Source of the DNA: Orbicella franksi
Taxonomy: Eukaryota
DNA: 64,000 nt
Assembly (NCBI GenBank): GCA_964199315.1
Contig: OZ116698.1
Span: 19,902,001-19,966,000, forward strand
Reading direction: 5' to 3'
The notes under the pieces are model-generated. The model did not search any database. It saw only the letters and a list, made by a program, of their open reading frames with translations, and was not told the origin of the DNA. How positions within the stretch are numbered: the stretch's first letter is position 1; each line of letters starts with the position of its first letter. Below, in pieces: positions 38,801 to 52,037 of this stretch. The position numbers were made by a program, and so were the translations under genes.

Positions 38801-39508
38801 AGGAATACACCGTGTAGACTTAGCCATTTCAAACAAGGAGCATTGCATGTAGCTGCCTCTCAAGGAAACTCTCTCTTTGTCTGTCTACATTATTTATAAG
38901 GCTAAGTTAGTTATGAAAATTAATGTCGCAATAATATAGCTACCTTGGGAAAAAAAAAACGATTGCCTTTGACCAACAATCTACTCTTCGGAAGAGTACA
39001 CACAGCTGTATCTTCTCTTCGGAAGAGTAAATACAACTGTACAGTGGTAGCCAACTTTAACTTTTTGGCACTTGTTTAACCTCAACTTAAAATTTGTAAA
39101 AATTGTTTTGATTGTCATATTGAAATAGTCTAAGCTAGATATTGTTGTTACAGTTTGAACTAAACAAGAGAATTCTATTTACTGTACTTCTTGTGTTTAG
39201 GTCTGAACTTATCAGAAATACCTCCAGATCTAGAGGACATATTGGTAATGAAATTGGATGTGCCTCATGGAGCTGAAAGCCAGCAGTTTGGTTGGCAGAA
39301 AGTAGGCAGCGCGGCCGGAATTTCAAGATGTGAACTTAAATATTATGAACACTTGCGAGGAAAAAATGAAAGCCCTACAAAGTTGTTGTTAGATAAATTA
39401 GGAAGCCAAGGGAGAACAGTTTCGTATCTCATTGATGTTCTCCAGAAACCTAGAGTAGACCTTGATAATGTTGCTAAAACAATACGACACCGTGTGACAA
39501 GGATTTAA
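35858..39508 (+). CDS. TNF receptor superfamily member with three cysteine-rich domains, TM and death domain (TNFR-2a)
   Basis: Exons 35858-35926, 36602 to about 37763 (end hidden by N gap), 38601-38681, 39201-39508; CLSCPVCPPGEEPSPPCG resembles EDAR/TROY/XEDAR CRD1; TM FVGTIAAVLLLGLMGLLIY; DD GWQKVG...SPTKLLLDKLGSQGRTVSYLIDVL. Confidence 0.87.
37761..37910. other. Assembly gap (150 N)
   Basis: Run of N; hides the TNFR-2a exon 2 donor and the left end of the intronic insertion. Confidence 1.
37972..38123. repeat. 152-bp spacerless palindrome (76-bp arms, one mismatch)
   Basis: Arms 37972-38047 and 38048-38123 are reverse complements except 38040/38055; absent from the paralogous intron 50776-51181. 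Confidence 0.97.
38053..38092 (+). ncRNA. Minimal type I hammerhead ribozyme motif (Penelope/retrozyme-like)
   Basis: CTGT (stem I) - CTGATGA - GTGC GTAA GCAC (stem II, GNRA loop) - GAAA - CTCGGAG (short self-complementary stem III) - TA (GUA cleavage triplet, after 38088) - ACAG (stem I). Mirror copy on minus strand at 38003-38042 with one stem I mismatch. Confidence 0.8.
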
Positions 39509-41020
39509 AGGAGCTACGTCACGGTTTACGCATTTTGAAAAGTTAAACCTAAATATTTCATGTTCATGGATTGTAATCCGTGTTAATCTTCTGCATCCTT
39601 AAGCTACTTGTTCCTTTATGGTTTATTATTTTTTTATCTTAGTAAACAACTACTTTCAGGTTTTCTCCAATTCTAAGCTAATTTTCTACGTGGCCTAAAT
39701 AACTCAAAATGCCTCGACTGTGCTCCTTTAAATAGCTTAGTTATTTTTATAATCCTGTTTCTTTCATCTCGTGGTCAAATACAAAAATCGGCTCCTACCT
39801 CCATCATTCTCCTTGGTAATTCCCTTTGATTAAAGCAGCAAATCAGCAAAGTGATAATGTTGACACTAATGAAATGACGAAGGAGTAGCTACATTTTGAA
39901 ATGGAAAATTAAACTGATGATTATTTTTTGATAATGGTACTGGTACATTATGAAAAAGCAAGATATTGATCTAGTTTAACAGCTGAAAATTTTTATATTA
40001 AATTTGTACGCTTACCTTTTTCTTCAATTACCAAAAATGTAATATATGTCAAAAGTAATTATTGAGTATAACTTCGGTGTACTATGTTCGGGTATAGTGT
40101 TCATCAGGCATTCAGTAATTTTTAAACAGATACCAAAGTTTCAAACTTGCCTGTTTTGATAAAAATCCAATCTCTAGCCGTTAACTGTAAAATATAAAAT
40201 TCCCATTAAGATTTCTACTCGTCCAAAATTATCTTGGTAATCAATAAATTTGTTTGTAATTGCTGGTGTTTGGACTTTGTGGTTAACAGCATTTCACATG
40301 GCCGGTGGACGTTTAGGTTACGTCTTCTGCAAGCTATACCAGCTGCACCAAAGGTGTGCCCTGTCTGTTGGAACCCTAATCATACGAGATCGTTCTAAGA
40401 CAGTACGATGTTCATTTTGTACGCTTGTTACGACAAAGGCCTCCTTCTAAAGCAAGCTTAAAATAATGAAAACAAACGACCTGCCTTAAGCGACCACACA
40501 ATGGGCAAGCGACGATATTTCGTGTCCATGATCAGAACTCCACGCCTTATAAGTTCCAAACTCAGAATATGGGCTCTTGTGCTCGGATGCTTCAATTCCT
40601 TCAGCTAGCTGAACTGTGATTAGTAACCCTATAAATTAAGGTTCATTACCATTTTAAAATTTGCACGAGTTAAGAATGACTAAATATTGTGTGACCTTTA
40701 CTGGAGAACAGTTAACTCTCCTCGTTGTCTCTCAAAAAGGCGATTTCCTTATTTGGGCCACTGTAAAGAAGGACTGAGAATGCAATATATCATCAATTAC
40801 TCCATCTGGATCTGTGTCGGCGCAGTTGCAATGATGCCAGGGGGAATCCCCGAGCTAATAATCATGCAGAAATGTAAATTCAGCGGGGAAACTGGGTCCG
40901 CTTTCGATTCTCGGAATCGGTCGATGCGAACTCGAGTACATCTTGAAACAATTGTGTATACTTGGATAAAGATTCCATCGAACAATAATTGAAAACAACG
41001 CTTGATTACAAGCAGCCATC

Positions 41021-42506
41021 ATGGGAAGACATCACAAGGTATCGCATTTTAGTAGTCTATCAGTAGCATATACGTTTGAGATCTGTGCACATCGAGGAAT
41101 CAGAATAATTGAATTCAACGTAATACGAAATATTAATTCAGGATATTGTTCCAAGCCGATACATTTGTCGCCGTTTGATAGATCCTAATTGGTCTATGTT
41201 TGGGACTAAGCCCTTCAGTTCAGCGCAATTAGGAATATAGAATAGGCTTCATCGACTCATAGTGCATAATTCGGGATACCTAGGCTCCCTGCTTATTACT
41301 AAAATCGTTTCACAGCAGCTCAATATTACTCAAGCCGGCAGTGGTAATATAATGCCCAGAAAATCGCGCGCTTTGTTCAGCTGCGTTTCGCTACATCAAG
41401 CTGGTATGAAAACCATAACGAGAGATTTATAGAACTGAAAAGAAGTTTTAAACTGACATTTATAACAAAGACCTTGTCACCCTTATTCACAATTAGGAAC
41501 TTTACATGAATGACAATCATTTCGCTGCGCCCTTTATTTATTTATTTTATAAACGCGGTTACTTGCGTGTGTTAGTATTCTCAAAATGTATATTGCAAAA
41601 CGTTTAAGGCGTTTTGCCTATATCTAAGTTAGATAAGGTTGCAAACTGGTTTCAAACCTATTGGAAGTGGTGATTGAAATACGTTTATATTTTACATGTT
41701 CAGACAGAAAGAGGTGATCAATATTGCTCTGATCCCGGCCACCAAATTTGCATACTGTAATTGCATATGAAAGCAAACCTTTAAATTGTATTATTAACAA
41801 AAACGTTTCAAAGCCATAACGCAGTTTTCCACGATGGTTCATTTCAGCCTGCAGATCTGCCTTCAAGTTCAAGTTATCCTACAGGCTTCAGTCGAAGTCC
41901 TTTTACGATAAGGGAAGTAAGGTGTTACATTTGGTGGCCCGCAAATAAGATTCCTTCAGTTATTCCGCTTGCTGTCATCGTGTGCTTCTTTATCTGCGTA
42001 GTAAGTCACTACGTTTTGTATTTATATGTTAATTGTTAAGTTTAGAACATGAGGACAACGTACGAAAATTTGTAATGAGCGTAAGAGATCAGATGCATAC
42101 TTCGAATTCATGTTTACGAATTAATACGTGTTACATGACTTCTAAATCACATGATCTTTGTATAGGAAATCACATGATTCTGAGTGCAATTTGGACATTG
42201 GAATGAATGAGCACTTGTAAATTTTTTAAAGACTGAAGATTGTACGAGCCCGTAGGGCTGTGATTACTTGTTAATAACACACTTGAAAACATAATATTTA
42301 ACTTTTTTAAAAATTTTTTAAAGACTTAAGAATGCACGAGCCCGTAGGGCTCTGATTACTGTGGCGAACGTTCTCGGGGATACTATCAAGAAGACTATAC
42401 GTTGGATTCGTGTAAGAGGTGTTCTACGTGTTGTGGGGTCAGGCGCTTTGCTGAGTTAGAATGCATTTATCTGAAACAATGCGTAAGAAAAAACTGTACC
42501 CAGCAA
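41021..42506 (+). pseudogene. Truncated 5' copy of TNFR-3 (leader exons plus 147-bp CRD3 fragment) at the duplication junction
   Basis: 41021-41038 and the exon ending at 42000 duplicate the TNFR-3 leader exons (53569-53586, ending 54296); 42360-42506 nearly equals 55772-55917 of the TNFR-3 large exon; the splice acceptor of that exon is deleted and TM/DD exons are absent. Confidence 0.8.
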
Positions 42507-43731
42507 GGGATTCCCCCTTCTCGTTCCCATTGCAGCCTATGGGCATTAACCTCGATTTGGCGGAATGCTAATTAGTTGTTCCGGGTTGGCCTGTTGTCGG
42601 TAACAGAAGAACGTTCTGCAAACTGCTGACTAAAATTAAGACATGTGAAAGCATCCTTCGCTCGTTACGACTACTACCAGAATATAGCCGGGTATTAACA
42701 GGCTACATAGCACTGAGGAGTCACTGTGAGGTGCAAGTACGCTCAGTGCAGTGGCCGATTTACACTGCGACGAAGTCAATGTTGCATGGTGCGTATGTTG
42801 AAGCGTCTGGAGTGCTGGGTTAATATTTTGGCCTGGAGAATTTGTCGTCCAGTTGGAATAGCACCAGCTATTAGTAGGTCTATGTCATATTTACTTTCTC
42901 CAGTTATTGAAAACTGAACATTTCAAAGGGAAATTTGTATATTTAACCTTATAACTTGTACATGTTGAAGGAATCTCGACCATTACATCAAACACACAGG
43001 ACCATCAACATTTTCACGGTCAAACAGATTTTTCTGTCACGGAAATTCAGAAAGTTACGATTATGTCAGCTGAATATGTGACTGATAAAGACCAAGACCT
43101 AAAAAAATATCGCGTGTATCAGAGAAAACGTTTTCTTGATTGTTCATCGATGTTTCGTCGCTTTCAAGACTTCACGGTTAGATGGTTCCAACGTGGTGTT
43201 ATGAAAAAGTTGTTTCTCGGCGTGTCGTGATCTGATTGGTTCATAGAGTACAGGTAACGTAGGTCGTTACCTTTACCCTTACGTAAGTCGGGTTTGTTTA
43301 TTATTGTAACGCTACATTGAAAAACACTGCGATTTTAGCTCCAAATATGTAAATATGCATGCAGTCGGTCTGGCACATCATGCGACCTCTGTGACACAAA
43401 TTCCTAAAAGGCGCAGAATGCACGTGAGAACAAAAACCCAGAAAAAAAGCGTCGATTTAAATACGTCTAGTGTTATTTAGAAGGTACAATACAACACCAG
43501 TTCCTATCAGTCAATAGAAATCAGTCTGTTGGTATACAGGCTCGCAGACCTTAATTCAAAACGTTTGGAGCGGAAGAAGTGCCTCTTCAATACTTTCGTT
43601 AGTTTGAGTATGTTTTGCTTGTTATTGACTTCCTTTTTTAGTGAGTCGACCATCTTTATTTAAACTCATTTTCATTTTTAATAACAGAACCGCACAATCT
43701 TTAGCAAGACGCCAGAAGCAAACCTATATCA

Positions 43732-46466
43732 ATGGCTATCCCTGAGTTGAAAGTGCTACTGCTCGTGATTTGCAGTGTCCTGTTATTGTTGGTAAGCGAG
43801 ACTTCTTACTTACCTTAGTTCAGGTATTCATCCTCTGAATCGAAACTCGTTCATTTGTCATCGACGCGGTCAGTTAAAGGAATAATTTCCCATTTCATAC
43901 CAAACCAGTGACGGCAGTTGCACAGTGACGGCAGAGCGTAATTTTAAGTATTGTGGGAAAACTGGCAAGGGTATCACTCCTGGAGGGGAAGAGGGTATAC
44001 TAAGGAAATGTGTTCTTAACACAGAAACTATTTTACATGTTTTATCTGAAAAACTATTTTCTCGGTTATTTATCGGTCTTGAAAGTGTGGGGACTTTGTT
44101 CCTCCCCCCACCCCACCCTTTCCCCCACCCATGCGGTTATACTGTTTAAGTTCCCAGATTGATGTGATCACGTGGTTTTCGTTTTCTGATTGTCGCTATT
44201 AAAAACTTAACGCATCATTTTCTCTGATTTTCTGCATTTGTTATGGTGATAGAATGAGGCAATGTGGTAGTGGCGGTGGTTGAGATTGGACAATAGTAGT
44301 GTTGGTGGCACGGCCAACTGTTCTGGGAACCAAATTTTAATCCGCAATGACAGCAAGGCGACCGTATGCCAGCCCTGCCCTATTTGTTGCGAAGGCACGA
44401 TACTTTCGCCGCCATGTGGCAGCCTATTGACCCAGGACACAGTTATCAAGTGCAAGCCTTCTCTTACGAAGGCACTGATTGAAAGCAAGCGGAAAAAGTC
44501 TGAACAAGAGAAGTCTCCCTCGTACAAACGAAAAAGGATTGCCCACCATGGAAATAGTAAAGATGATGGTAGCATCGGCTCCCAAAATGTAAACCGGACT
44601 GCCTGGCCATCTCTGGACGTAAGTGACATCTCTGATGAGGAGGAACTTGAAGACTCAAATCTACCGGAAACAGCAGACTTCCACAGCTTCCTTAGTCCTA
44701 CACAAGATGTTCAAGGAATGACCACAGTTACTCCTCCAACACAAACCTTTTTATCGAAAGCTTGTCATCGCCGGACACAAAGACGAGCCGCCCAACGACC
44801 GAATGGACGCCCTCCCGCAGAAGCGAAGACTTTGTCAGAGCAGCCGATCTCAGAACAGATAAATAACGAATCGTGCATCAGTTGTGTACTAGGAGGTTTT
44901 CTTGGAACATCGCTGGCATGCCTTCTGTCTGGATCAGCACTGGTATGGCTTTTGTGGAGTCTGCAGAAACGTAGAGGCTGGTATAGGTGGAATGGCACAG
45001 AGCTATCAGATAGCGAAGTTGAAGGTAAGAATTATTTTACCGAAAAGTCGAAAATATTGGCCGAAAATACTTGAAGATCATCCTAAAAGCGAACTGGCCA
45101 ATAATTAGCAGTGGGTGAGTTGGAAATGGGTCTGGGAATGCTAACTCTCTGTCCTCCCCTCCCCGACAGTATTTGTGACAGATCGAAAATACACTTAAAA
45201 CACGACCGAACTTTTTACAAGAACCACGACATGAAACTCCCTTTATTCCGAATGTTTCCAACGTGACCCTTGCACTTTCCATTTGTACACGGTATGACGT
45301 AATACATGCGGGAAAAACGGCTACATATGGGAGTTGAACCACCTTCCTTTCCTCTGCACCCCGTCTTCTAATTTTACCATCCCAATGTTTTTTTGGTTGT
45401 CTGATAAACACTTTATTATTCTGTACAGAAATGCCTGACTACTACGAGAAGGTGGACTATTTATACGCTGTCAACCTTAAACGTAAGTAACAATGGACAT
45501 TCTTACCGATGTCACGCAATATGAACAATATTTTTGAAATTTTCAAATAAAGAAAAAAAAAAAAACCCCGATAGATCGATTTATCATGCCGAGTTTAGTA
45601 AATATGTGAAGTTTCATAAGAATATGTTGCAAACTCGTGATAATATGGGACCCCAAACTTGCCAATTTTTTACAAAGAACTGTATGCCAGAGGGCAGTCG
45701 GGGCAATGACGGTTAAGAAATTCGGCTTAAAAAAATCGAGTGTCGAGGCTTGAAGAAGTCAGATCGAAGCTCAACTATAACTTTAAATTTGGTAACAATA
45801 TTTGTTTGGGGGATTGCTTTTTCCGTGTTTACATAGCCTCATCTAAACACAAGCCTTAGACGCAGTCGAGGGTTTGCATAACTTTCGAGAATACTTCCAC
45901 ACTCCCCCATCACCCCCGCCTCCCAAGTGTTTAGATGGCGTACTCTATTGCTGTTATAAAACATTTCTCAACTAGGGATACGCACGAATCTAAAACGTCA
46001 CAGCCGTGTTTACATTCTCTCATCTAAACACACTTATCGACCAACGAGACCGCACGTACTAGTATCTAAGTTAAAAAAAGTATTTTATACAGACATTTAT
46101 AATGGATGTCCTTCCTTACGCTCGGTTTTTACTTATTCTCTTTTAGACCTTAACCTGTCCGAGATGCCTCCTGATCTTGATTACCTTCTTGTAAAGACTC
46201 TCGATGTGCGCCGCAGGGGTGAACGTCGCTATGGCTGGCAAAAGGTCGGCGCTGCGTTCAAGATTTCCAAGGATGACCTTGACTACTTAAATATTGAATA
46301 CAGAAGGGATAACGGCAGCCCTACCAGTACGCTTTTATCAATACTCGGAACTCAAGGCAAAACAGTATCTGATCTGGTGAACGTATTGAGGAGTCCCGAA
46401 GTAAAACTCCCTAACGTCGCTTCTCAAATAAGACGATATATAAAAGAGGCGAAAAAATTCCAGTAG
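43732..46466 (+). CDS. TNFR-1b, tandem duplicate of TNFR-1a (coding if the acceptor is at 44268-44270; otherwise has a premature stop)
   Basis: Exons 43732-43791, 44253 or 44271 to 45024, 46147-46466; ~97% identical to TNFR-1a by eye; 15-bp in-frame deletion before TM; CAG>TAG at 44268-44270. Confidence 0.75.
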
Positions 46467-48877
46467 GTCAGTCTGACTCGCTGGAAGATCCTGGGCGAAG
46501 TAACTGACACATTGTAAATATTATTTTTGTAAGATAGTTTAACACTGACTAGTTTATGTAATTTTTTTAAAAATAACGAGTTAATAATAAACTTGAAAAA
46601 AATTGGAAATAGATTTTTCTTTGCGAGTTTTTCATATACATATATATGGGTCTTCCGTCTAAACGAATCACAATGTAGCAACAATAACTGCATGAATGAA
46701 TGAATGAATGAAAAATAAATTTAGATATTTTTTGTTTCTGTTATCTTGACGTTTGCCTTGGAATTTACCCCTGACAAAGTTTGAAACCACACCCATCTAA
46801 TCTTACGCCCAAACAAATCATTATAGACTCGCATCGTAATATGATCAAACGCGTCATCAAGTCTCGTGAAAAAAAAAGAAAAAAAAACTGAGAACCTTTC
46901 AAAAGCAAGATTGAACATAAAGGTTAAGAGTAAGCAGACTTACTCTGATTGTTTATGCAAAATGAATTATTAAATCCCTAATCAAAGATTGCTTAATCGT
47001 GGATGACGTGGAGATTACAAGCTAACCGTGACAAGGAACGAAGTTCTTGAAAGTTGAGATAGTTAAGAGTTCTGGGCGTTTTGCCATGGACAATTGTTGG
47101 CCACCGAAACCCAATAATCTAGAACCTTCGACCTCGTGGTATTATCGCATTTTTCCTAGAAACACATATCGATTGATTTGCATAGTTGAACGGTTGAACG
47201 GTTGAACGCCATTTTAGGGTTGCCAGGGTTCACCGTAATTATGCTTTCGTTTCCTAGAACATAATCTGTACTTCCGCTGGATATCTTGTGAGAAAAACAG
47301 CAGAAGCTTCAATGAGAAACTGCTCTTAATTTAAAGAATCGCCGGTACCTTTCCAAAAGAGCCAAACCGGGTTCTCTCATTCCCTGTTTAGCTTCCGTAT
47401 AGACGACGTGGCATACCTTGTTTGTTGCGAGGAGTTCAGTCCTCGGGAAACGGAAAAGCTCTATTCATATCAGTAAGGTACGTTTGTTTGTTGTAAGCTT
47501 TACCGTGCTGTAACAGTAAACAGGGGGTAATTGTTTTAAGTAAAGAACGTCCTTATAGTTAAGCTAATCGTCTGAAACAGATGCTCACTCCATTACACGG
47601 GAAGACATTGTGTTGAAAATTATGTACTGAACAGGCCTTCTAATTCATGATCGATGATCGATGATGATCAAGGAGAAGTCAAAAGAACACGAACTTTCGA
47701 AATTGTTCTTTTCTCTTAACTTTAATAGCTGGTTTTAAATCTTTCATACTGTGAATTTCTTTTACTTCACTCGGTAGACCATGAGTGGGCCGATATCTGT
47801 TTGGAGTACATATATTTTTCAGGTTCCTGTGCAAGTATTATAACGCTATATTATACAAAATGTTATTTTAACATGAGGAAAAATGGGATCGATATGTATT
47901 CGCTACGCTTGATATAAAGCCATATAACTTATGTGATTATATATAAGGAATTACTAAGCCGTGGTTACGACAAACTGCACAAACCTAGCTTCAGGCGAAA
48001 ACGTCTGTCGTGTAACAGTCAAAGTTGTCAAAACGCCGAAAACGATATTTGGACTGCATGCATTCATTTTACTGAGGTTCGTTTCACAGTATCAGTTGGT
48101 GGCCCTAAGATTAGAACCCGAGCACTACCCTACCGATAATTCTTTGCCAACGATTAAGATATATCTGTATTATATACTCAGAATACACTTTCTGAAGCTT
48201 AAGTATAATTACATGCATAATATGAATGTTATCGTTTTCATATTCAAAAATTGTTCGGTTTGTCATTTTCAAAATGGTTTTGATTTCGATACCAGTCACT
48301 TAAAATGTTATCATTTAATATATATACTTTTTTTATTATTTTTCATCGACAATGGCGAATTGAAGGGTCATTAGCTATGCTTCCGCTTATCAACCACTAA
48401 CAAAACTTCTGTTTGAAGAACTTAAATAGAACAGGATTTTTTATCACGGGAATCTACATAAGGTTTCCGCTTCTCGTTTGGTTTGCTTCGGTTTATTAAA
48501 CAACAAAACACTAGAATTGGACAAGTACGTTCCAAATAACATAGTGTTATGATATAAAGAATTCGAACAATTTGGAGAAACTGATGACTCGAGTCAGTAT
48601 GGGAACGGAAATTGTTGGGGAATTCAGAGAATACTAACACTTTAGTTATACCACTGCACATGCAGGAACGTAAGAGAGAATACAGTATATTCCAAAGCTA
48701 ATATCAGTATACTGACAGCTAATACACAAAACCGAATTCGAAAGGAAACGGCGCTGGAAACTCTAGGAACGAAAAATAATACGGTTTCAAAATTTGTAGA
48801 CATTGAAAACCCCATTCTAACCAAATTGTCGCATTTTAGTATCTTTCAGGGCAACTCAACTTGAATCTCTATTAAGG

Positions 48878-51800
48878 ATGATGGAATTAGAAGTGGAGCT
48901 CCTGGTCAAACTATTATTTATTTTTGGATTATTGTTCTTACTTTGGGTAGGTCAAGCTGTTGTTATACGGTTTGTATGTACAAGCAAAGCAGAATTATCA
49001 ATAATAGCTTTTACACTTGGAGTACATATGCAGCATGTATGGTAGCCAAATAGATTAAGCTGAAGCCTTTAAGATACTACAATAGAAATGCCACACAGAA
49101 CATCATATAATAAATTCCATCAGTAGAATGTGGCTCTCAAACTATGCTTTGAACTGCAATTCTTTGGTGATACAGGTGAAAGGCTACAATAGCTGATATG
49201 TAATGTGATAAGTACATCACTTCGAATTATTGGAACGATAAGATACATATATATTATGGAGTCGTTTCTTTTGAATAGACAAGGGGTGATAGTAAATGTC
49301 ATGGCTAATACAGGATGATCAAAACTCATTAGCATGGGTTCAAGAGTTTTTGGTTCGCGTTGATAGATACACACAATGAATTGTTAACTACCTAAAATAA
49401 TTTTGCCTTTGTTTCCACTGGTTTGGCCGGTTAGATATGGTCCTTCTAAGAGGATGTAAATCACACTGTCATGCCAAATACAGGATGATCAAAACGCATT
49501 GGCTTAAGCCCAAAATATTTTGGTTCAGGATGCTAGACTACAAAATGAACAAATAACTACGTCGAGTAAGATGTATTCTTGTTTTCATTGTTTCCTCTGG
49601 TTTGGTCGGTTAGGTATGGTCCTTCTGGAAAGATGTACAAGACAACAATGAATTTTATCCAGATGGCCTTGAGCAATGTCCTCAAGAGACGTACACGATT
49701 CTTGAAAATGACAGTAGCAACAGTAGCAGGATCAGGTGCTTATCCTGCCCTGTATGTCCACCAGGGGAGGAACCATCACCACCATGTGGTATAACATTGG
49801 TCAGAAGGGCAGCTGGTGAGTGTACTTCGTGCAGTCCAGGAACGTATTCAGATGAGACTGACAGTACTGCCTGCAAGGTATGCTCTGATTGTGGCTCCAG
49901 GAAGATTATCAACTCCTGTACTGCACAGAAAGACACAGAATGCAAGGACTGCCCATTGAGGCACTACGAAGACGATAATACACACACTTGCAAGCATTGT
50001 TCCTCCTGCTGTGGTAAAAATTATTCCGCTAAATTGGAATGTTTCAAATCACAAAAGTGCAAGGGTAACTGCACCAGGACAACAAACATTATGAAAAAAC
50101 ATTTTAGCACTTTTTTCAACAGGCTGGTTGCAAAACATATGAATGATCCCTACAACACTACTTCTATTTCAAATGGTAGCAGCCTACGTAAAGAGGGTGA
50201 GGAAAATTCAAAGTTACTTGAAAGCGTTCTAAATTACAAACAAGAAGACCTTACTCATTCGGAGACTAAACGCGACATCAGTGATAAAGTTGCTGCACAA
50301 GAGGAGTACAAGGAGAGCACCAACAGCCAAAGTAACTTTGAGCTTCTCGAGACACCTGAGATTAATAAATACGTTCAAGAGGAGGCTGATATTCTGGGAA
50401 AGAAGCAAGAGCCTTCACCTACGAAAAACAGTGTTGAACTCACTAACATCCTGGCTAATGAGGATAGAGAGCAGACTGCTCCTCAAACATTTCCAGACAA
50501 AGATTTCAACTCCGTTCAACCAACCGTATCTTCCCCAACTACAACAAAAAGTGAATTAGGACAACTGACATCACAAAGCCCAAAGACTCTTACATCAGCA
50601 GCTCAAACTCAATTAATAATGCCAGGTTCCTTTCTAAGCAGCTTTGTTGGAACTATTGCTGCAGTCCTTCTGCTTGGTCTGATAGGACTATTAATATACC
50701 TTGTATACAAGAAGTGTTTTAACAAAATGCGCAAGGGTTACAAGAAGTTAAGCAGCACATCAAAGCTTGAAGAAGGTAAGAAGAAATATTTATATTAAAT
50801 ATAATTATATTTAATATTATTACATATACTTAAATATATGTTTATTATTACGATTATTATATATAATAATAATAATTAACAAGTACTTAAACACCAGCTG
50901 AAGAATTTAATTCAAGGTTTGAGAAACAGGATGAATTGAATGGGCTGCGGATGCCCAATTTAGTATATCGTCTCTTATCAGCAGTTTACTTGTTATTTCT
51001 TTTTTAACTTCTTATGTGTAAGTTGAGTTTCCACTCTCAAGCCAGTTTGAAACAATTACTTGATGTCACTGACAAACAGGTGACAGCTGTGCCAAGAGTG
51101 CTCTTCAAGAGGTTGACTCTCTATAACGGATACACTTTCATTCAACAATATTAATTCTTCTTAATTTGAATTTATCGAAAGATGATTCATGTGATGAGTT
51201 ATTAGACAAAGAAGGCAGGAATGAACTCAGTCAGGATGAAACTGCTGCTGCCACAGTATTAGAAGGTAATAAGGAAATCATATCCTTCGAACATTATAGC
51301 TTTAGCAACGTGAATTAGCTTAGAGTAGCCGAAAGATAATACAGACCAGAATACACCCCTTCCCCCGAGGAATACAGCTTGTAGCCTAAACATGTCAAAC
51401 GGGGAGCATTACATGTAGCTTCATCTCAAGGAAACTCTCTCTTTGTCTGTCTGCATTATTTTTAAGGCTGAATTAGTGAAAATTAATTTTCCAATAATAT
51501 AACTACCTTTGAAAAAATCGATTGCCTTTGACTAACAATCTGCTCTTCGGAAGAGTACATGCAGTTGTACAGCGGTAACCAACTTTAGTTTATTGGCACT
51601 TGTTTAACGTCAACTTAAACTTATTAAAAAATTGTTTTGAGTGTCATATTGAAATAGGCTAAGCTAGATGTTGTTGTTACATTTTGAACTAAACAAGAGA
51701 ACTCTATTTAATGTACTTTTTGTTTTTAGATCTCAACTTATCACAAATACCTCCAGACCTAGAGGACATATTGGTAATGAAACTGGATGTGCCTCATGGA

Positions 51801-52037
51801 GCTGAAAGCCAGCAGTTTGGTTGGCAGAAAGTAGGCAACGCCGCCGGAATTTCAAGATGTGAACTTAAATATTATGAACACTTGGGCGGAAAAAATCGAA
51901 GCCCTACGAAGTTATTGCTGGAGAAATTAGGAAGCCAAGGGAGAACAATTTCGTACCTCATTGATGTTCTCCAGAAACCTAGAGTAGAACTTGGTAATGT
52001 TGCTAAAACAATACGACACCGTGTTTCAAGAATTTAA
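48878..52037 (+). CDS. TNFR-2b, tandem duplicate of TNFR-2a (3 CRDs, TM, death domain)
   Basis: Exons 48878-48946, 49614-50775, 51182-51265, 51730-52037, phases 0/1/1, open frame; about 35 amino-acid differences from TNFR-2a in the large exon. Confidence 0.88.
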
